NCBI GenBank assembly: GCA_963823105.1
Contig: CAWGKC010000003.1
Span: forward strand, 119,965-183,964
Source of the DNA: an uncultured Acidobacteriota bacterium
Lineage (GTDB): Bacteria > Acidobacteriota > Terriglobia > Bryobacterales > Bryobacteraceae
Length of the DNA: 64,000 nt
Reading direction: 5' to 3'
Under the pieces are notes generated by a model that worked only from the letters and a program-made list of their open reading frames with translations, ran no database searches and was not told the origin of the DNA. Below are positions 38,441 to 45,136 of the stretch, in pieces; within the stretch, counting starts at the first letter, position 1, and every line of letters begins with the position of its first letter. The position numbers were made by a program, and so were the translations under genes.

Positions 38441-39046
38441 TCATTCGGCCTTCCCAGGGAATTCGCGCGCAATCTGCGCAAGCCTCATCGCGATTTCCTC
38501 CACGGGAAGAACATAATCCACATACCCCGTTCTTATAGCGCTGTCGGGCATATCCGACCACTCGGCCGTATCCGGCGTCTGTGCGATCGTAATGCCATCC
38601 ACTTCCTTGATTCTGCTCAGCGCTTTCGCCCCATCCGCATCCAACCCGGAGACAATTACAGCAACCAGTTTCCCGTCCCAGTTCCGCGCCAGAGAAAACA
38701 GGAACAGCGTAATCACATCGGACCAACCCTTGGATTTTGATAACGGCTTTAAACGGAACTCCCCGTCAAGCACGTGTAAGTCGCGATTCGACGGGATGAT
38801 AAATACATGGTTACTCCGAACGCTTAATTTTTCCGAGATCAGCTCCACTGGCATTTTTGTGTGGCGGGAAAGAGCCTTGTGGAGCTTGGTGGGCGTACTC
38901 CTCATGTGATTCACGATGACGATCGCGGCGCCCATCTCCGGCGACAGGTGTTTTAGTAACTGAACATAGGCGGAGTAGCCACCAGCCGAACCGCCCACGC
39001 AAACGATCGGAAAGTCTTTTGCACGGGGATTCTTTTTACCCGGCAT
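38441..39046 (-). CDS. Stand-alone CheB-type methylesterase/deamidase catalytic domain (no receiver domain)
   Basis: Catalytic-triad contexts are all present: VGGSAGG (Ser), IVNHM (His), SGLDADGA (Asp). 201 aa, so only the catalytic domain. Confidence 0.8.
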   Translation of the reverse strand: MPGKKNPRAKDFPIVCVGGSAGGYSAYVQLLKHLSPEMGAAIVIVNHMRSTPTKLHKALSRHTKMPVELISEKLSVRSNHVFIIPSNRDLHVLDGEFRLKPLSKSKGWSDVITLFLFSLARNWDGKLVAVIVSGLDADGAKALSRIKEVDGITIAQTPDTAEWSDMPDSAIRTGYVDYVLPVEEIAMRLAQIAREFPGKAE

Positions 39047-39117
39047 GCTCTACCTCTTTCCGATTCGCGCGTTCAACGTGTACGGCGAGCCTGGTGACCG
39101 AAGACCGGCCGCGCCCT

Positions 39118-40248
39118 TCACGACTTACCGTTCTTGCGGGGAAGATGCGCGGTAAAGGTCGTTCCTTCTTCTTCGCTCGAGGTCACGGTGATCGTGCCGC
39201 CGTGGGCGGTCGCGATTCCTTTTGCAATGAAAAGCGCCAGGTCGAGCCGGGCCTTTTCGCTTCCGTTCCGGTTCTCACTCTCCCCCCGTCGCAGCGGCTC
39301 GAATACAGTGGCGGCGGCGCCTCGGGGAATGGCGCCCGCATTATGAACGGACAGGATTACTTCCTCCCCCGCGCCTTTCGCCGCGACGTCGATCGCCGAT
39401 GTCTTCAATCCGTGCAGGACCGCATGGCCGATCAGGTTTGACACGAGCTGCCCGACGCGGGCGCAGTCCCACTCCCCTTTAAGGTCGCCGGACGCTTCGG
39501 TCGAAATATTCCGGTCGGGGTACGCCGCCCGGCTTTCCCGCGCCGCCTCCTGAACGGCGATTCCTAGATCCATCGGAGCGCGAGCGATCGGCATGTCGTC
39601 GAGACGGATGCGGAGCGCGTCGATCAGGTCGGAAACGAGCCCGGTGACGCGGGAGGCGTTGGTTTCGATTCGCGACACCAGGTTGACCTGCTCCTCGTCA
39701 AGCCCGCCCCTCTTTGACAGCGCCCGGGAAGAGTCGCATATTGCCTTGAGTGGACCGCGGAAATCGTGAACGAGAGTCCCGGCGAACAGGTTTCCGGAAT
39801 AGTTTAACTTCTCGACGAAACGGGAAAGCGATTCAGTCAGGATTTGGTCGATGGCCTCGTTAAACCTCAGCAGGTCGGGAAGTACATCCTCGGTTCTATG
39901 CCATTCGGCCCGCCACAGCTTGATCACGCTTGCGCGCAGGGCGCGAAATTCGGAGATCATCTCCACCGTATCGAACCCTCCCGCAAACCGAAGGTCGGCG
40001 TGGGTTTCGGCCGCGCTGTCATTTGCTCCGCCCTCTTTCGGACCCTGCCCCTGGGACTTCTCCTTCCGCTCCCGCTCGGTCTCGAAAGTCTCAAGATCGT
40101 CCGCGATGAACCGCAGCAGGCCGGCAATGTGATCGCGCAGAGCCGCCCGGTCCATGTGCGCGGCGGCGGGCAAATAGGTTTGTGCGAACGCCTCCCATTC
40201 CGCTACGATGACATCCTGCTCGGACCGGATAAATGCCGCTAATCCCAT
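39118..40248 (-). CDS. Cytoplasmic sensor histidine kinase with RsbRD-N-like helical sensor domain
   Basis: Start moved to ATG 40248 (MGLAAFIRSEQDVIVAEWEAF...). H-box LVHDFRGPL, N-box QLVSNLIGHAVLHG, G-boxes LDLALFIAKGIATAHGGTI. No TM segment seen. Confidence 0.85.
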   Translation of the reverse strand: MGLAAFIRSEQDVIVAEWEAFAQTYLPAAAHMDRAALRDHIAGLLRFIADDLETFETERERKEKSQGQGPKEGGANDSAAETHADLRFAGGFDTVEMISEFRALRASVIKLWRAEWHRTEDVLPDLLRFNEAIDQILTESLSRFVEKLNYSGNLFAGTLVHDFRGPLKAICDSSRALSKRGGLDEEQVNLVSRIETNASRVTGLVSDLIDALRIRLDDMPIARAPMDLGIAVQEAARESRAAYPDRNISTEASGDLKGEWDCARVGQLVSNLIGHAVLHGLKTSAIDVAAKGAGEEVILSVHNAGAIPRGAAATVFEPLRRGESENRNGSEKARLDLALFIAKGIATAHGGTITVTSSEEEGTTFTAHLPRKNGKS

Positions 40249-40357
40249 GATGAAAATTCTCCTGAAGGTCCCGCCGCATGCCGCCTCTGGCCGTCCCCCA
40301 AGAAAACCGGCATAGTGGACCGCATTCCGCAATAAGCGAAGGCTCGCCGGCGTCTTG

Positions 40358-40430
40358 GGCCGGAGCTTGCGCCGGCCTTCGTGTCGCATCCCCACGAAAC
40401 GCCGCGCAATCCGGATATACGTGATATCCG
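40358..40430. promoter_or_regulatory. Three consecutive short stem-loops in the divergent intergenic region between the kinase gene and the DUF433 gene
   Basis: GGCCGG(8)CCGGCC 40358-77, TTCGTG(9)CACGAA 40378-98, and CGGATAT(5)ATATCCG 40412-30. Confidence 0.3.
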
Positions 40431-40581
40431 TGCGTCCCAGTTAATGGACGCGCTCAACCGTGGTTCCTTTCACACAAGGCAAAGATAAACCCGCTGACCG
40501 TCCTCTGGCATGTTCGCGAACCCGCACCCCTCCGCCGCTCGCTCTCCACGGTAAAAGGTAAGATGAAATCGGAGCAATAAC

Positions 40582-40842
40582 ATGGCAACGCTCGACTGGT
40601 CCCAATGCCCCGCCGTGGAAAGCGTCCCCGGCAAACGCAGTGGCGCGTGGGTGTTTCGCGATACCCGCATGCCCGTTGCCACCGTCTTCGAGAATCTGGA
40701 AGACATGAGCGTCGAGGAAGTGATGGAACAATTCGACGTGACGCGGGAACAAATCGAAGCGGTGCTTGAGTTCGTGGCCCAGAGCCTGAAGGCCCCCCTT
40801 CCGGCGCACCCACCGGCTCCCTCGGATGCTCATTCTCTTTGA
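40582..40842 (+). CDS. DUF433-family antitoxin-like protein
   Basis: CPAVESVPGKRSGAWVFRDTRMPVATVFENLEDMSVEEVMEQFDVTREQIEAVLEF fits the DUF433 fold pattern. Downstream partner overlaps by 17 nt. Confidence 0.75.
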   Translation: MATLDWSQCPAVESVPGKRSGAWVFRDTRMPVATVFENLEDMSVEEVMEQFDVTREQIEAVLEFVAQSLKAPLPAHPPAPSDAHSL

Positions 40843-40885
40843 CCACGGAACGCCGCGTGGTCTCGCTCGTGAGCTACCGAGCGTG
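40826..40885 (+). pseudogene. 5' remnant (about 19 codons) of a DUF5615/Mut7-C-like toxin gene paired with DUF433
   Basis: MLILFDHGTPRGLARELPS matches the N-termini of DUF433 partners. After about 40885 ORF 40826..41359 loses any family resemblance, GC drops, and it runs into the next gene out of frame. Confidence 0.45.
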
Positions 40886-41051
40886 CTGGGAATTGGCTAT
40901 GTAGTTCATAATAAGGCACGCGTGGCACTCGAAAGAGCCTTGAGTAACCCTCGCAAACGGGTAATAGGAGTTGATTGGGAGTTGAAATGGGCCTTTGGGT
41001 TTTCTCCCCACGAAATGGGAGTTGGATCGTCCGTCAGGCCCATAAACGACA

Positions 41052-42107
41052 ATGAAGAATCACCGGAAATCCATGGCGGAACCACTCGCTCCCGACAGCT
41101 ACGGACAGTTTCTCGCCGGCTTGAAGGGACGGATTCGGACGGCGCAGCTTCGCGCGTCGCTGGCTGTCAACCGGGAACTGGTCCTGCTCTACTGGCAGAT
41201 CGGCCGCGATATCCTCGACCGGCAGCAGCGAGAGAACTGGGGCGCGAAAGTGATCGACCGTCTGGCCACAGACCTCAAGCGAGCCTTCCCCGACATGAAA
41301 GGATTCTCCCCGCGAAATCTGAAATACATGAGGGCGTTCGGCGAGGCCTGGCCGGATGAAGCAATTGTGCAACAGCTTGTTGCACTAATTCCGTGGGGCC
41401 ATAACGTCCGCATCCTCGATTTGGTCAAAGCTCACGAGGACCGCATCTGGTACGCCAAAGCGACCATTCAGCATGGCTGGAGCCGCAACGTCCTGGTTCA
41501 CCAGATCGAATCCGGGCGGCTCCACCGGCAGGGGAAAGCCGTGGCTAACTTCGACCGCACCTTGCCCGCGCCGCAATCCGACCTCGCGCGGGACATCGCC
41601 AAAGATCCCTTCAACTTCGATTTTCTCACCCTCGGCGACGATGCCCACGAGCGAGATCTGGAGCGCGGCCTGCTCGACCACCTGCGCCAGTTCCTTCTCG
41701 AACTCGGCGTCGGGTTCGCCTTTGTGGGAAGCCAGTACCGCCTTGCGGTCGGTGACCAGGAATTCTACATCGACCTCCTCTTCTACCATCTGAAGCTCCG
41801 CGCTTATGTCGTGATCGATCTGAAGATGCGATCATTCGAGCCGGAGTTCGCCGGCAAGATGAACTTTTATCTCTCGGCGGTCAACGACCTTCTGCGGCAT
41901 CCCGACGACCAGCCCAGCATCGGCCTCATCCTTTGCAAGACGAATGACCGGTTTGTCGCCGAATACGCGCTCCGCGACATCGACAAGCCCATCGGCATAT
42001 CCGAATACCGGCTCGCCGAAAGTCTTCCCGAAAAGCTGAAGGGAAGTTTGCCGACAATTGAAGAACTGGAGAGTGAACTGAGTTCAGTCCCCGGGGATGG
42101 GAGTTGA
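41052..42107 (+). CDS. YhcG/DUF1016-family PD-(D/E)XK nuclease domain protein
   Basis: DUF1016 N-terminal pattern (AQLRASLAVNRELVLLYWQIGRDI, GAKVIDRLATDLKRAFPDMKGFSPRNLKYMRAF) and a C-terminal PDDEXK core (FYIDLLFYHLKLRAYVVIDLKMRSFEPEFAGKMNFYL). Confidence 0.85.
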   Translation: MKNHRKSMAEPLAPDSYGQFLAGLKGRIRTAQLRASLAVNRELVLLYWQIGRDILDRQQRENWGAKVIDRLATDLKRAFPDMKGFSPRNLKYMRAFGEAWPDEAIVQQLVALIPWGHNVRILDLVKAHEDRIWYAKATIQHGWSRNVLVHQIESGRLHRQGKAVANFDRTLPAPQSDLARDIAKDPFNFDFLTLGDDAHERDLERGLLDHLRQFLLELGVGFAFVGSQYRLAVGDQEFYIDLLFYHLKLRAYVVIDLKMRSFEPEFAGKMNFYLSAVNDLLRHPDDQPSIGLILCKTNDRFVAEYALRDIDKPIGISEYRLAESLPEKLKGSLPTIEELESELSSVPGDGS

Positions 42108-42186
42108 CCGGAACTCAAGCGATTTCCTCTCTCTGCTGCAGTCGCTGAGGCGAACGGGCCCGCATTCTCGCTACGCTTTTATTTGA

Positions 42187-42552
42187 GACTGTAATGAGTA
42201 TTCATTTGTCTCCAAACATCGAAGCTGGGCTCCGCGCCGTTCCCGCAACGGAGCGCACCCCTTCCGCTTCATCTGGAACCGCTCCCAGGCGACCGCCCAC
42301 AACGTCTACCTGATGCTCTACCCGCGAGGCCCTCTGCGCGACGCCCTAAAGACTCACCCCGAACTCGCCGCCAAGGTATTCGAGTCCCTCCAGCGCATCA
42401 CCCCCGCCCAACTTCTTTCGGAAGGCCGAGTCTACGGCGGCGGCCTACACAAAGTGGAACCAAAGGAACTCGCCCAAATCCCCGCCCGCCTCATCCTCGA
42501 CGCCATCGAAACCCACGTCCGCCTCGAACGTCAAGAGAAGCTCTTCGCCTGA
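42187..42552 (+). pseudogene. C-terminal fragment of a stand-alone DNA (probably N6-adenine) methyltransferase; N-terminal catalytic part absent
   Basis: Frame open from 42187 with no plausible start. ...PFRFIWNRSQATAHNVYLMLYPRGPL...LLSEGRVYGGGLHKVEPKELAQIP resembles the C-terminal region of Eco57I/TaqI-like methyltransferases. I recall the family assignment from memory and have not verified it. Confidence 0.45.
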
Positions 42553-42898
42553 TCCTGCCCAGACCGCGAAAATCCCATCCCATTTCGCCCGTCCGCCGGG
42601 AACCTCAACGGAGAACAACCAACCTGGACGCGATTCGCAACGGTCCTGCCGGTGGCTCGGGCCGCGCCCGCATCTATGGCGACGCAAGCGCTCCGCACCG
42701 CATACACCCACACCATCGGCCACCCGCCGTCCTCGTTAGATATCGCCAGATCGTGATAACATCGACCTGTCGCACGCTAAAAACACTCATCGCCTGCCAC
42801 GTTTGCCAAGGATACTTCGGGTCGGAATTCTATGTGAGTCTTTGGGATGCAGGCGACTTCAGAATCCGCTAATACGGCTCAATCAGGGACCGGAAGGG

Positions 42899-43435
42899 AT
42901 GATCGACGAATCGTACTACTGGAAGACTGACCTTCTCAAGCAAGGTTTAGCGCTTAAAAGGCGCATAGCTCAGAAGCGGTGGAACGACACGTCACTCGCC
43001 AGATGCGAGCAATCCGTCATGATTGGTTTCTATTCGGTCCGGAAGCTTATCGATTCGCGGAAGCTAACAAATAAAATCGCGGACAGGCATTTTCAGCTCC
43101 GGTCCTACCCCCCATCAGGAAAGACGATCACCTGGTTGAACAATCATAAGATTGATGAGCTTTATCACATGGACAGGCCCAAGCCGAAGACCATCACGTT
43201 GCGGTCTCTGTGTAATCAGCTCATTCACAGCTACGTATTCTCGTTGGTCTTCGAAGAAGAAGGTCACTTTGGGGCAATTTTGGTGGCGTCAGAATACGAG
43301 CGCTCCAAAGCCCTAATCGAAATCCCGGCCTCAACCATAATTGAAGTCTTTGAGGCGGTCGGCAACGACGACGTTACACGATCAACACGCGTTTTCAACC
43401 CCGCGAAGAACGACTATGACTTCAAGAACGAATGA
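42899..43435 (+). CDS. Orphan hypothetical protein (178 aa from ATG 42899; TTG 42803 possible)
   Basis: Clean ORF with visibly lower GC and Lys/Ile/Asn-rich composition, unlike its neighbours. No motif recognised. Confidence 0.55.
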   Translation: MIDESYYWKTDLLKQGLALKRRIAQKRWNDTSLARCEQSVMIGFYSVRKLIDSRKLTNKIADRHFQLRSYPPSGKTITWLNNHKIDELYHMDRPKPKTITLRSLCNQLIHSYVFSLVFEEEGHFGAILVASEYERSKALIEIPASTIIEVFEAVGNDDVTRSTRVFNPAKNDYDFKNE

Positions 43436-43511
43436 TCGGTCCCCCGTGTCTTACAACGTACTATGTCGGCGGTAACTGAGCGCGGCCAACACCCACCTGG
43501 CCTAACAGGCT

Positions 43512-43742
43512 TCACTTGAAGTGAGGAATAAATTCGTCCCCCTCGATTTTGAAGTAGAAACGCCAGCCCCGCGTAACCCTGCCCTGCCATACATCGAGCG
43601 CTTCGCTATATTTTTTCGCGTGCAGCGACGGATGCGCAAGATTGCCAAGCAAAAACCCAAATTGTTTGCCGAGCGCTTTGCGGACGGCAACCGGCAGATC
43701 TGCATAATCCCTGTCTGCCCTCGCCGTAAACCGAAGCTTCAT
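43512..43742 (-). CDS. RelE/ParE-superfamily type II toxin
   Basis: 76 aa. MKLRFTARADRDYADLPVAVRKALGKQFGFLLGNLAHPSLHAKKY...WQGRVTRGWRFYFKIEGD is the RelE/ParE pattern. Start overlaps the antitoxin stop by 4 nt. Confidence 0.7.
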   Translation of the reverse strand: MKLRFTARADRDYADLPVAVRKALGKQFGFLLGNLAHPSLHAKKYSEALDVWQGRVTRGWRFYFKIEGDEFIPHFK

Positions 43743-44130
43743 CTCCCGCGCTTCTTCGCGTGGCCCTTCGCCCGCGATTCCAGCGCGGCAATCGCCTCGT
43801 TGGCGCTCCCATAAGGCCCATGAGTCCTGCCCTTCCGCGCGTCCTCCAGCCCTTCCGCCACATGCCGGGCAACTAGGCTCTTGGGCGTGAACGTGATCTT
43901 TCCGTCCTCCACGCCCGCCTCCAGAAGGTCGCCAATCTCCACCCGCACCTGTTCGCGGACATGCTGCGGAATCACGATCTGAAACTTGTTTTTTACGGTG
44001 ACGATGTCCATGATTTACCTACCCCAGTATAACTGCTCAACAGCACCTCTAACCCCAATGACCCCCTCTCACACTTACGGCGCTCGCAGAAACCCAGTCA
44101 CAACCCCCAAAAATATTTCTTTCCCTTCCC
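43590..44130. repeat. Tandem duplication, copy A (intact TA module plus its upstream C-rich flank)
   Basis: Segments 43590-43760 and 43955-44130 align by eye with 44445-44615 and 44616-44790 (for example gatctgaaacttgttttttacggtgacgatgtccatgatttacctaccccagtataactgctcaacag versus gatctgaaacttgttttttacgatgacaatatccatgacttaccggccccagtataactgtccaacag). Confidence 0.7.
43739..44011 (-). CDS. AbrB/MazE/SpoVT-family antitoxin
   Basis: MDIVTVKNKFQIVIPQHVREQVRVEIGDLLEAGVEDGKITFTP is a SpoVT-AbrB swapped-hairpin domain. Lies upstream of the toxin. Confidence 0.8.
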   Translation of the reverse strand: MDIVTVKNKFQIVIPQHVREQVRVEIGDLLEAGVEDGKITFTPKSLVARHVAEGLEDARKGRTHGPYGSANEAIAALESRAKGHAKKRGR

Positions 44131-44374
44131 CCTCAGCACCTTACAGCGAAGTTTTTTCAACCGCCCCTCTTCTTCACCACCCTCCGCGCTATTGTCTAAC
44201 CAAGAGCGAGACGACTGATCATCTTCGTCCTCGCCGCTAAGTGGTCTCCATTCTAGACAAGGGAGATCGCGAATGCTAAAAGGTGGGCGCTGGCCGCTCG
44301 CGTTTGACGCGGCCCCTATCCAGTTTAAGGGTGACCTGAACGGGTTTTTGATCTTCGTAAAACGCAACGTTGCA

Positions 44375-44674
44375 CTAAATTATTAGGAAACAAAGGAAAG
44401 AAGGAAAGAAAGTAAATCGAATCGGAACGGCAGCCCCAGAAACAGTAAGTGCTTCGCGATATTGTTTCGCGTGCGGCAAGAGATGCCCCAGATCGCCCAG
44501 CCAGAACCCCAATTGTTTGCCGGGCGCCCTGCGGATCGCAACCCGCACGCCCGCATAATCCCTATCTGCCCTCCCCGTAAACCCCAGCTTCATCTCCCGC
44601 GCTTCTTCGCGCGGCTCGCGAACATGCTGCGGAATCGCGATCTGAAACTTGTTTTTTACGATGACAATATCCAT
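44375..44674 (-). pseudogene. Decayed second copy of the AbrB-antitoxin/RelE-toxin module (antitoxin codons 1-20 fused to a degenerate toxin)
   Basis: ORF 44375..44674 reads MDIVIVKNKFQIAIPQHVRE (copy 1 has MDIVTVKNKFQIVIPQHVRE), followed directly by ...EEAREMKLGFTGRADRDYAGVRVAIRRAPGKQLGF... (copy 1 toxin has MKLRFTARADRDYADLPVAVRKALGKQFGF). It loses similarity after ...YREAL. Confidence 0.6.
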
Positions 44675-44790
44675 GACTTACCGGCCCCAGTATAACTGTC
44701 CAACAGTACAACTAACTCCAACAGCCCCCATTCCCATTTACAGGCGCACGCGGAAACTCAGTCACGCGGCCACCATCCCCCTCATCCCCT
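44445..44790. repeat. Tandem duplication, copy B (internally deleted, diverged)
   Basis: See copy A. Copy B lacks the roughly 195 nt that encode antitoxin residues 21-85. The deletion junction lies in TTCGCG-containing sequence present at both ends in copy A. Confidence 0.7.
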
Positions 44791-44945
44791 TCATTCCACT
44801 CGCCCCACACCCAAAACTCCCGCGCCACCCTCCCACTCGTCTGCTACACTTCCCCCGCGTGCAACCACTAACTCAACTCGCAACCCTCCCCATCCGTCCA
44901 CCCTCCGCCCACTTACTCCGCCCCACTCTCCCAACCCAAAACATC

Positions 44946-45015
44946 CGTGACACAGTCCCCTTCTTCGTGACGCTCAGTGACGAAAAATCCGCCCTGCGTC
45001 ACGCTCTTCGTCACG
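44946..45015. promoter_or_regulatory. Array of five CGTGAC(G)/(C)GTCACG half-sites upstream of the 45137 gene (candidate operator)
   Basis: CGTGAC 44946-51. CGTGACGC 44966-73 and GTGACGAA 44977-84 reappear as exact reverse complements GCGTCACG 44996-45003 and TTCGTCAC 45007-14. Each pair is offset by 30 nt. Confidence 0.35.
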
Positions 45016-45136
45016 CCGCAACTCATTCACCCGCACCCACTTCCCCGTCCCAGGGACGCAAATCCCCGCCCACCCCCGCCATCGCCGCCATCCATGCCCC
45101 TTCCGCCCGCTTTGCGATAATGAAGAGGAACGCCCT

